NCBI GenBank assembly: GCA_963713615.1
Contig: CAVQMM010000001.1
Span: 1,952,001-2,016,000 of the forward strand
DNA: 64,000 bases
Source: an uncultured Chlamydiae bacterium
GTDB taxonomy: Bacteria > Chlamydiota > Chlamydiia > Chlamydiales > JAJFMA01
Reading direction: 5' to 3'
How positions within the stretch are numbered: the stretch's first letter is position 1; every line of letters starts with the position of its first letter. Below, in pieces: positions 49,477 to 58,900 of the stretch. The notes beneath the pieces are model-generated. The model searched no databases. It was not told the origin of the DNA and worked only from the letters and a program-made list of their open reading frames with translations. The position numbers and the translations under genes were made by a program.

Positions 49477-51264
49477 ATGGGCAGTACCATGTTAGGTCAA
49501 GTTACCTTGGATCGTTATCTTGAAGATGTGCAACGCCTCAGCCAGCAAATCGCATCTGGTGAAAAAGACCTTACCGATCTGCAGGCAATGTTAGATGTAG
49601 CTCTAGAAGAAAGCCAAGATGACCCAACTCGACAGGCCTTTTTTTTAGGCGAACGTGCATTCTATCAGCGCCAGTATAAGCTAGCGCTGAAGCATTATAT
49701 GGATGCTAGAGAGCTTCCGATGTTTCAATTTTTTTGCTACCGCACCTGCGCTTTCCTGTTTGACCTAGAGCAGAAAATTGAAAAGGCTCTCGACTTCGCT
49801 GCCAAAGCCCTGGCATTGATTCCCAACGATTGGACTACGGTAGCCTTGTATTCTGCGCTTTTGGGAAGTTTGGGACGTCATGACGAAGCGCATGTCTGGC
49901 GTAGCAAGCTACAAGAACCCCCTGCGCCACTTCATGAGACGCATTCAACAGATGATGGTGAAACTTCAGCAAGCGTATCACTAGGAGCGGCGGAATTCGA
50001 TGAGTTATCACAACTATTCCAAGAACATGCTGAGAGTATTTCTACAAATATTTCACCCTCTCTGCCAGCTCCTAAACTCTTTGGAGAAGACAGTCGAGGC
50101 ACCGAAATTAGTCGCGGAACAGCTAGCGAAGAAGAAGAATTATTCCTATCGCGACGCCTACATGCCTTCCAGGAAAGCCAAAAGAAAGCTTTAAAAGAAT
50201 ATTTGGTCCATGCTAGCCAAAAAATTGCCCATCAAGACTACCTTTTTCATGTTCTCGATGGCTGGACAGAGCCAATGCCAGAGTCCACATCCCTGCCGCT
50301 ACTCCTAAACCAGAAACCGTTACATACCAGCGGAGGCTATTTTCTAAAATGGCACGGAAAAGGGATTGCGATTAATCCAGGAGGCCATTTCCTCCAAACC
50401 TTGCATCGCCAAGGATTTCATATTCAAGACATCGATTTTGTCATCGTCACCAAGAACACACCAGCCAGCTTTGCTGATGTAAAGGCTATCTATGATCTAA
50501 ACGGCCTGGTCAATGGATCTCAGGAAGATATTCATGTCATCCGCTACTATCTCAACCAGCCTGCCTATCAGCTATTAGCGCGTGTACTAAAACCTCACTT
50601 TAAACAAGAGCGCCATAGCGTTCATTGTCTGGATCTCTACCTGGATTCCTCTGATCTCGAGACGGTTTCTTTGACCGATCATGTCCTGCTCAATTACTTT
50701 CCGACATCCAGCCTATCGCGAGAAACGTCCAAAACGGATGATTCTCTACAGCCCGCTATTGGAATACGCCTAGACCTCACCGGACCCGCACAAGCAGGCC
50801 TGTCAGGGCATCCCGTTAAGGTCGCTTATGTGTCAGGAGCGCCTTGGTCACCCCTCCTAGCAGAGCATTTGGTTGGCTGCGATCTCTTGATTACTGGCAT
50901 AGAAGAAACCAGTCCAGAAGACTGGCGTCGGACACAATACAACCAACAATCACTTGGGTATTTTGGTAGCCTTTCACTACTTGAAGAGATCCAGCCACGT
51001 CTGATGTTAGCTTGTGAATTCAGTGGTCATGGGGGTGATATGCGTATCGAACTCGTCCGCAAGCTTCGCACAGACTATGCCATTCAAAATTCTCGATCGA
51101 CAACGATCCTACCTGGCGATGCGGGACTGAGCATTGATCTAACCACTCTACAAATTCGTTGTGCCGCGTCACATTCTTTTGTGGACCCTAGTTTAGTCCA
51201 TGTTGTAAGAGGCGACAACCAGTTCGGAGCTCTTAACTATCTAGCGCCTCAATGCCTCATCTAA
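49477..51264 (+). CDS. TPR-repeat protein with a C-terminal degenerate metallo-beta-lactamase-like fold
   Basis: N-terminal TPR-like helices. SGGYFLKWHGKGIAINPG and DIDFVIVT are present, but the HxHxDH motif is absent. Confidence 0.6.
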   Translation: MGSTMLGQVTLDRYLEDVQRLSQQIASGEKDLTDLQAMLDVALEESQDDPTRQAFFLGERAFYQRQYKLALKHYMDARELPMFQFFCYRTCAFLFDLEQKIEKALDFAAKALALIPNDWTTVALYSALLGSLGRHDEAHVWRSKLQEPPAPLHETHSTDDGETSASVSLGAAEFDELSQLFQEHAESISTNISPSLPAPKLFGEDSRGTEISRGTASEEEELFLSRRLHAFQESQKKALKEYLVHASQKIAHQDYLFHVLDGWTEPMPESTSLPLLLNQKPLHTSGGYFLKWHGKGIAINPGGHFLQTLHRQGFHIQDIDFVIVTKNTPASFADVKAIYDLNGLVNGSQEDIHVIRYYLNQPAYQLLARVLKPHFKQERHSVHCLDLYLDSSDLETVSLTDHVLLNYFPTSSLSRETSKTDDSLQPAIGIRLDLTGPAQAGLSGHPVKVAYVSGAPWSPLLAEHLVGCDLLITGIEETSPEDWRRTQYNQQSLGYFGSLSLLEEIQPRLMLACEFSGHGGDMRIELVRKLRTDYAIQNSRSTTILPGDAGLSIDLTTLQIRCAASHSFVDPSLVHVVRGDNQFGALNYLAPQCLI

Positions 51265-51649
51265 GCCCTATCGCCTCCTTCACTCGCACCAAAAGCCACC
51301 CGCACAATTCAAATTTGATGTGGAAGGGGGTAATTATTTAAAATGACCTCTAAACTATATTTTAGAGGCTCTTTAAGCTGATTTGCATTCAGCCAACAGA
51401 ATCAAAAATGACAAAAAAGTGCATGCTGTCGATGCCTATCGGTGAAGCCTAATTTCAGTTGCAATAATCTTATGGTAAGTATCTTAAAGACACCTCCACT
51501 CACACTTCTCATGACAAGCAATTCATTTAATCTTCGCGTTTTCCTGATTCTTAGTGGCTTATCATTTTACATCGAATTTATGGTCACAATTTGCTTGCAG
51601 CCATTGAAATGCCGTGCTAGAGTTTGTCACGAAACACCTCCAGACTACC

Positions 51650-51670
51650 CTGTGGAAACGTTGTTCATAA
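51650..51670. promoter_or_regulatory. Possible DnaA boxes just upstream of dnaA
   Basis: TGTGGAAAC and TGTTCATAA differ from TGTGNATAA by 2 and 1 mismatches. Confidence 0.4.
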
Positions 51671-51688
51671 CTTCAAAGGATCGCCGAA

Positions 51689-53047
51689 ATGCAAGTATGT
51701 GATGCTCGTGACGCCTGGACGGACTTTTTGTCATTTGCTAAGAAGCATTGTTCTGCTGCCGCCTATGGAAATTGGCTAGCACCGATAAGAGTCTTGGAAA
51801 CAACGGATGAGGAAATCACCCTTGAAATTCCCAACGTCTTTGTGCAGGAATATTTATTATCGAACTATGCCAATGAGCTGAAATCCTTTTTGCCTGTACG
51901 TCCGAACGGAGACCTAGCTGTTCGCTTTGTCATCGCTAAGAAAGAGCAACGCCAAGGAAATACGGGAGACCGTCCAACACCTGAGCGCGCACCAGCACAG
52001 CCAAAGGATGAGCACCAAACAAAGCTCAACAACAACTATCGCTTTGACACTTTTATCGAAGGACCCAACAATCAGTTTGTAAAATCCGCTGCATTTGGCG
52101 TGGCATCGCGGCCGGGACAGTCGTACAATCCCTTATTTATTCATGGTGGCGTCGGCTTAGGCAAGACACATATCCTGCATAGCATAGGTCATCATATTGC
52201 GCAGCATCATCCCAATCTGTGTATTCAGTGTATCACCACTGAGGCCTTCATCAATGACTTGGTCGACAATCTACGAAATAAGTCCATCGAAAGGATGAAG
52301 CGTTTCTATCGCAGCAATGTGGATGTTCTGCTAGTCGACGACATTCAATTCCTTCAAAATCGCCTGAACTTCGAAGAGGAGTTTTCTAGCACCTTCGAAG
52401 CACTGATCAACCAAAATAAACAGATCGTTATTACGAGCGACAAGCCTCCTTCACAGCTCAATCTCTCCGAACGACTGATTGCACGCATGGAATGGGGTCT
52501 AGTGGCCCATCTAGATATTCCTGATCTTGAAACACGAGTAGCTATTCTGCAGCATAAGGCGGAGCTTAAAGGATTAACGATTCCCAGCCAGGTAGCTTTT
52601 TTCATCGCTGAGCACATCCATAGCAACGTACGTCAGCTCGAAGGTGCCGTAAACCGTCTAAGTGCACATTATCGCCTCTTGCACAGTGAGATCACCGAAG
52701 AGATGGTTGAGAGGACTTTACGTGAGATGATTCAGAATCCGCAACGTGAACGCATTTCCGTCGACGAAATCCTGAAGAGTGTTGCCTCCATCTTCCAAGT
52801 GCGCGTAACCGAGCTTAAAGGCTACAGCAGAGCTAGAGAAGTCGCCCTCCCAAGGCAGGTAGCCATGTATCTAGCAAAGGAAATGATTAAGGAATCACTC
52901 ATTATGTTGGGAGCAGCTTTTGGCAAGACACATTCTACCATCCTACATGCTCATAAGAGCATCGAGAAGCGCCTTGCGACAGACGATACCCTGCGCCGTC
53001 AAGTAGGTATGATCCGTCGTAACATCGGATGCAGAGGCACACCGTAA
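51689..53047 (+). CDS. dnaA: Chromosomal replication initiator DnaA
   Basis: YNPLFIHGGVGLGKTH, LLVDDIQF, NVRQLEGA, RQVAMYL and KTHST. Confidence 0.98.
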   Translation: MQVCDARDAWTDFLSFAKKHCSAAAYGNWLAPIRVLETTDEEITLEIPNVFVQEYLLSNYANELKSFLPVRPNGDLAVRFVIAKKEQRQGNTGDRPTPERAPAQPKDEHQTKLNNNYRFDTFIEGPNNQFVKSAAFGVASRPGQSYNPLFIHGGVGLGKTHILHSIGHHIAQHHPNLCIQCITTEAFINDLVDNLRNKSIERMKRFYRSNVDVLLVDDIQFLQNRLNFEEEFSSTFEALINQNKQIVITSDKPPSQLNLSERLIARMEWGLVAHLDIPDLETRVAILQHKAELKGLTIPSQVAFFIAEHIHSNVRQLEGAVNRLSAHYRLLHSEITEEMVERTLREMIQNPQRERISVDEILKSVASIFQVRVTELKGYSRAREVALPRQVAMYLAKEMIKESLIMLGAAFGKTHSTILHAHKSIEKRLATDDTLRRQVGMIRRNIGCRGTP

Positions 53048-53051
53048 GCAG

Positions 53052-53158
53052 TAAAGGACCAAACGACGAAAGGGACATAAAAGACATAAACGACTTAGGA
53101 AGAAAATTCTTACAAGTCGTTTATGTCCCATTCGTCGTTTTGGTCCTTTAGTCCCTTT
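53052..53158. repeat. GGAC/GTCC micro-repeat palindrome between convergent genes
   Basis: TAAAGGACCAAACGACGAA..GGGACATAAA pairs with TTTATGTCCC..TTCGTCGTTTTGGTCCTTTA. Related sequences lie at about 11043 and at 4738-4779/7835-7856. Confidence 0.8.
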
Positions 53159-53159
53159 A

Positions 53160-54281
53160 TCAAGTACTCGCCAGCACGTCGGCATAGAAAGCCTCATATT
53201 GCGGCAAGATGCGGTCTACCGTAAACAGGTCCTTGGCTCTCTGCCGTCCATTATCCCCCATTGCCTTGGCGAGGGAAGGATCATTCAGAATGTCTAGAAC
53301 CCGATGAGCCATTCCATCAACATCGCCAACGGGCATCAGAAAGCCCGTTTTACCATCATCAACGACTTCCGGCAGCCCACCAACTTTGGAAGCTACGACA
53401 GGAACGCCATAAGCCATTGCCTCCAGGGCCGTCAAACCAAAGCTCTCCTGCGAACTAGGCAACAAACAGACATCAGACGTTGCCATACAAACATCGCTAT
53501 TTACCTGTTTGCCAAGAAAGTAGACATGTTTTTCAAGACCTAGTTCTGCCACGGCATCTCTAGCATCCTCCACACCGATTCCTGAACCAAGCAGCAGCAG
53601 CTTGCACCCAACCTGCTGGCGCACCTGCGCAAATATTTTGATGACATCGACAACCCTTTTGACAGGTCGAAAGTTGGATGCATGAATAAGGAGCTTCTCG
53701 CCTCCAGGGGCATATTGCTCCCGTAGATAGGTATCGTAGCCAAGGTCTGGACAAGGCGTAAAAAAATTGTAAATAACATCGATAGGCCGTCGGATGTGAA
53801 AATACTCGAGGGTATGATGTCGCAAAAAGTGAGATACAGAAGTGACACCATCACTGTGCTCAATGCTAAATTTCACAATCTCAAAATAGGCTGGATCGCG
53901 CCCAACAATAGTGATATCTGTACCGTGTAACGTCGTGACAATAGCAGGTCGATTTTTGCCAAGAAGCTGCCGAGCTAAAAACGCACTAGTCGCATGTGGA
54001 ATGGCATAGTGTACATGTAGAACGTCCAGGTTGTATTCCTGTGCAACTGCAGCCATTTTTACCGCCAGCGCCAGGGCATAGTCAGGGTAACGAATGAGAT
54101 CATATTGATTGATCTCCACTTCATGGAAGAACAAGTTTTCTGTCTCAAGCCGCAAACGAAAGGGCTGTTCATACGTGATAAAGTGCACCGTATGCCCTCG
54201 CGCCGCGAGCTCATGTCCAAGTTCTGTAGCCAAAACACCGCTACCACCCAGACTGGGATAGCAGACAATACCAATAATCAT
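53160..54281 (-). CDS. bshA: N-acetyl-alpha-D-glucosaminyl L-malate synthase (GT4)
   Basis: [46 protein letters not shown] and [11 protein letters not shown]. Confidence 0.9.
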   Translation of the reverse strand: MIIGIVCYPSLGGSGVLATELGHELAARGHTVHFITYEQPFRLRLETENLFFHEVEINQYDLIRYPDYALALAVKMAAVAQEYNLDVLHVHYAIPHATSAFLARQLLGKNRPAIVTTLHGTDITIVGRDPAYFEIVKFSIEHSDGVTSVSHFLRHHTLEYFHIRRPIDVIYNFFTPCPDLGYDTYLREQYAPGGEKLLIHASNFRPVKRVVDVIKIFAQVRQQVGCKLLLLGSGIGVEDARDAVAELGLEKHVYFLGKQVNSDVCMATSDVCLLPSSQESFGLTALEAMAYGVPVVASKVGGLPEVVDDGKTGFLMPVGDVDGMAHRVLDILNDPSLAKAMGDNGRQRAKDLFTVDRILPQYEAFYADVLAST

Positions 54282-54354
54282 ATACCACACTCAGTCATAA
54301 ATTTGGATTTGGGCCCACGCGAAAGCTCCCGCGATTCAACGATCGCAAATGAGT

Positions 54355-55038
54355 CTATAACTCCCTGACAGTGCGAGCAATGGTCATGACGTCATCGACC
54401 TGAATAGGATTTCCCTTCACCAACCCCTGTGCATAAGCCGTGCCTATCATAACGCCAAAACGACTCGAAACTCTTAGGCAACGGTCGAGGTAGTCATACG
54501 TTTTGAACTGACTGCGGTGACAGCTCATCATCATCTTCCAGATGTCCATATGGTTGGATACATCGACAAGAAAATCTACAGCCTCTAGCGCATGACCAGG
54601 ATAATGAAGGATGCCTTCAACCCAATGCACAGGTAGCTCAGGAAGAATTTTTGTAAAGCGAGCATAACGACAGGCAATGCGTGCCATCAGACCCGTGACG
54701 ATATGGTCTGGATGCTGACCAATGCCATTCCAAAGTGGCGCGATGACCAGGCGAGGCTGGTAGCGACGGATAACCTCAACGAGTTTGAGGCGTGAGGCAT
54801 AGCTATCGACAATTTCACAATCTTCAAAATCTAGAAATATCCGCTCGGCCCCAATGACCTTGGCTGCCGCAATTGCTTCTTGCCGTCGTTCTTCCGGCAA
54901 GCCATTGGTACCCTTTTGACCTAGCGTCAAATCAACAATGACAATAGATCGTCCTTGAGCAGCTTCTCGACATAGAATACCACCGCAAGCAAATTCAACA
55001 TCGTCGGGATGAGACCCGATGGCCATTATATCAACCAC
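54355..55038 (-). CDS. bshB1: PIG-L family deacetylase, BshB1-like
   Basis: HPDDVE, GTNG..EERRQEA and HPDH. GGAGG RBS before GTG 55038. Adjacent to bshA. Confidence 0.8.
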   Translation of the reverse strand: MVDIMAIGSHPDDVEFACGGILCREAAQGRSIVIVDLTLGQKGTNGLPEERRQEAIAAAKVIGAERIFLDFEDCEIVDSYASRLKLVEVIRRYQPRLVIAPLWNGIGQHPDHIVTGLMARIACRYARFTKILPELPVHWVEGILHYPGHALEAVDFLVDVSNHMDIWKMMMSCHRSQFKTYDYLDRCLRVSSRFGVMIGTAYAQGLVKGNPIQVDDVMTIARTVREL

Positions 55039-55060
55039 TTTTTTTGCTACCTCCTCTGTC

Positions 55061-55214
55061 TGGACTTTGCACATTTTTTGGACACATCTTCCGAGATTAG
55101 CTTCCTCCAGCCATATGACTTTTGAAAGAGGGGTAGTCCAACCCTATCTTTCAAAAATCATTACGCTGAAGATTGCTTCTCTCGGAACCTGTGTCCAAAA
55201 AATGTGCAAAGTCC
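55061..55214. repeat. Palindromic insert between comF and bshB1
   Basis: GGACTTTGCACATTTTTTGGACACA..TTCCGAGA pairs with TCTCGGAA..TGTGTCCAAAAAATGTGCAAAGTCC. Confidence 0.8.
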
Positions 55215-55226
55215 GGCCTGTGCTTG

Positions 55227-55943
55227 TTATAGCGTAGCACGACAAACGGACAAAGCATAGATATCTTTAGGATATCCAGCCAGAAGAGCCTCCGCACAAC
55301 AACGAAGAGTTGTACCAGTGGTAAAGACATCGTCAACAAGCAGTACCGTATAATCAGCTATTTTTACCTTCTTCTTCAGCGCAAAACGTCCGGAGGACAT
55401 CCTTTGACGCTGTCCAAAGGTCTTCCCAGCCTGAACAAAGTCAGTACCGCCTCTTGACAAAGCCCCCATCACCGTAACCTGCAGCAAACGTCCTAGTTCC
55501 TGTGCTATCAGCTGACTGTGATTATAACCGCGAAGAAAGCGACGCAGAGGTGGCATGGGAACTGGAACGATGACATCTGGCAGTGGCCAATCCAAGCGAT
55601 GCAGCTGTGCTACCAGAAAGGCTGCTGCAGTAAAAGCCAGATGCTGCTGGCCTGCATACTTAAGCCTTTTGACCAAGATAGCTGCTGGTCCCGCATAATC
55701 CAGAGCTGCACCTGCATGACGCCACACAGAAGGCAACTGGCGGCAAGAGCGACATACCTTCAATTTAGCATTACCCAGTTCTATGAAACACTGTGAACAA
55801 CGTCCCTCGACCTCCAAAAGATCCAGCAAAGCTCCACAAGGATCGCAAAAAATGCGCCCACCGGTCGTAGGCCCCTCACATTGAAGACAGCAAGGAGGAT
55901 AAAGAAGGTTTAAGTAAGCCTCTATGAGATTACGCCAGTGCAC
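55227..55943 (-). CDS. comF: ComF family protein (zinc ribbon plus PRT domain)
   Basis: Four CxxC pairs, RGYNHS and VLLVDDVFTTGTT. Confidence 0.9.
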   Translation of the reverse strand: MHWRNLIEAYLNLLYPPCCLQCEGPTTGGRIFCDPCGALLDLLEVEGRCSQCFIELGNAKLKVCRSCRQLPSVWRHAGAALDYAGPAAILVKRLKYAGQQHLAFTAAAFLVAQLHRLDWPLPDVIVPVPMPPLRRFLRGYNHSQLIAQELGRLLQVTVMGALSRGGTDFVQAGKTFGQRQRMSSGRFALKKKVKIADYTVLLVDDVFTTGTTLRCCAEALLAGYPKDIYALSVCRATL

Positions 55944-55949
55944 AATACC

Positions 55950-58900
55950 CTACTGCTCTAAAGCCAGAATGGGTTTTTTGAGATTACCATGAATCGAAAA
56001 CGTCATCTTATCTGTAAGCTTAAGAAGCGGTTGATTGGGCTTCACGCGAATGACGATATCCAGATCCCCATTGAAATCGATAACGGCTGGCTTGCTCTCT
56101 TTCAGCAATGAGAATTTTGCCAGTTTACCCTGCGAATAGACATCCTTCAGACGAGTTAGAACAATTTTACCGTTGTTAATCTGATACTCGATGATGCCAC
56201 TAGCGGGCGTTACAACCTCCACATCAAAGCCAATGTGCGACATCAGCTCTGACGTAAAACCCAGAAGGCCCTTGCCAGCTTTCTTCTTTGTAGCATGGGT
56301 AAAACGTGCACTACCCTCTCCTAAAAACGTTGAGGCCTTCCCGATTTCCCCAGTAAAGTTAGTGAGGGTAAAGGTAGGCAAAACAATATCATGCCGACGC
56401 TTTCTAGGGACTTCCTGAGGCCTATTTAAAGCAACAGGAACGATGTCACTACCGATGACTTCCGGAATCGAAACCTTCCAACGACGGCCGGCCTCCTTAC
56501 TCAAAAGCACCTCAGCAGCACGTAGCGTGCCAGCAGCATCTTCGATCATAACATTCCGCATTTTGATCTGGGTCGCCGTCAACTCTAAAGAAGCCTCAAA
56601 TCTATCAAGAAGATACCCTGCAATTTGCCAACGCTCAGCCTGTGCTTGACCATCGAAAGTCACCCACTCAGGAAGCAGACTGCTAATCTGCCATTTACCA
56701 TCGAGGCGATACTTAGCATGGAGACCTGCACGTTCTAGCCCTTCCCGGAACTCAGCGCCAAGTATAGGAGCTATTTTCTCCACATCTATCCATACTTGCC
56801 CTTTAAGAGTGGGGTATGGAGAGACGTGCTCCACTCCCTTATCGGCCTGCAGGTTAGCTTCTATACCAAAGAGCTTCCCTTCAGCCTTCTGAATACCAAA
56901 ACCTCGGCGACTGTCGTATTCCCAGTAGACCGCGAGTGCATGATCGCGGGATACCTCTTGCCGGTTCAATGAAGTCTCCGAAAGAAACAGCTGACCATAG
57001 GGCGATAGCGGACATTCGTTACGCAGCGTGGCCCACACAGGATGCCCTCGATAATCAAACTGACTAGTGATTCTGAGCTCATAGGGATTATAGGAAGCCA
57101 CAAGCTGCTTAACAGTGTAGGGATGTTGGTTGTAATAATAGGTCCCCTCGTCTAAGGCTAGCTGAACATCTGATATCCCTGGCGCCAACTGAAACGAAAA
57201 TTTGCCATTGATCCCCTCCTTACTCGCAACTTTATCCGCGATATTGCGCAACAGCTGAGATGTCATCGCACCCCATTTGGCTTTTAGCAGGTCCGCCAGC
57301 CAACCTAAAGGGCCTCCACCAGTCTGAAAGTGCCCATTGTGAACAGCCAATTCGCTATGAGCTGTATTATAGGCCACCCTCTCAATCTGAAGATCAACGG
57401 GTTTGTCTGAATTCCTAAGCGGCAACAAGGCAGTACGCAAATCCTGTAAGACTAATCCCCGATTGGAATCGAAATGCGTTGCAATGCGATGCGCATCCTT
57501 AAAACGAAGCCCACCGATTTCGACACCGCGAAATAGAGTTTCGAATTGACCATCAATATGACACCATTCTGGACTTGGACGCATCGTGACAGTCATATTA
57601 CCAGCAGCACGCAGTTCACCCTTCGGCTGGTAGGATTCTGCAAAGCGACGACTGACATTCCAGTTTTTGAGCTGACCCAAGCTGACTTCAAACAGGTTCA
57701 CTCGTCCATCGACAGCTCCGCGATCGGGATAGTAATCGCCTTCAAAACCCATCGTTACAGCATTTGCCGCTCGCATCCCTAGAAAGTTAATCTTCCACCG
57801 ATCTGTGTCTACTTGAATATCCGCAGCAAATGACAAATCATCAATTCTGAGGTTATCCAAGATCCAATTATCGCCTTGAACACTTCCCACCACGAAGGCA
57901 TTATTGATCATATGCTGGTATAACTTAATATCCTTGCCAGTCAGTCGATAAGTAAAAGTGGGTACAGCACGGTCATAGGCTAATGCAACCGAAAAATCCC
58001 CCTCTGCTGATGTCAATCCCTGCAATTCTTCAATAATGCGCTTGGAAAAACCTGTAAGGCCAGTACGGCTCAGACGCTGGAGGTCTCGTAAAGCCGTACT
58101 TAGACTGAAATTAGCTTCTGTGGCAAAGGTCACTACCTGTGACCAATCCCGTAGGGTCAGTTCCAATATTCTCGGATGGACATTGCCGAAGTGGGTATTC
58201 TCTTTATCAAAAGCAAAATGCACTAACGAATGTGTCCCCGCAGACACCGCCCGGGCCTCACCTGTAGCACGAATGACATCACGCGCCTTGTCACCTACCC
58301 ATAAATCAAACTCGATCCATTCACCAGGATATTGGTGAAGAAGAATACGATCTCCAGCAAGGCGATATTCTTCCACTGGACTGCCAGGACGCCCCACAAG
58401 AACAGTACCCTGAAGATCCGTAACGCATAAAGTGTTGGCAGGATACTGATAGGCAAAACGCATCCCTAATTCGTTTAGCGTAACATCCCCAGAATGCTGT
58501 GAAAGACGAGCATCTGTCACCTGACCAGCCAAGGATGCCTCACAGGTCACTGCGCTACCATCTGTGCAGACAATAAAAGTCCCTTCCCGATCGCCTAATG
58601 TAACGCTGCCCTCTAACGGAATGCGGTGAATCAGGCCCTTGCCTTGATCAAAATGCGTGAGAAAACGTCGTAATTGGTTCACACTTCCAGACAGTTGTGC
58701 AATCGCCAATCGAAACTCAGTGGATGTATCACTCTGTAGCGATCCAGAGAACACCAACCCCTCGCTAGCAGCCTCCAAGCCAGTTACGGTTAGCCGGCCT
58801 GCTCGGTATTCTGCTGTTCCTGCAATATCGGAAAACAATAGCTGATGAGTTTTGTCGTAAAATGTAGCTCCAGAAAAGGGCAACCGCAGGGATACTGGCC

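Noticed and set aside
51265..51688. oriC upstream of dnaA
   Set aside because: Only two imperfect DnaA boxes are visible and GC skew cannot be judged by eye. Chlamydiae typically carry two dnaA genes, so proximity alone is weak evidence.
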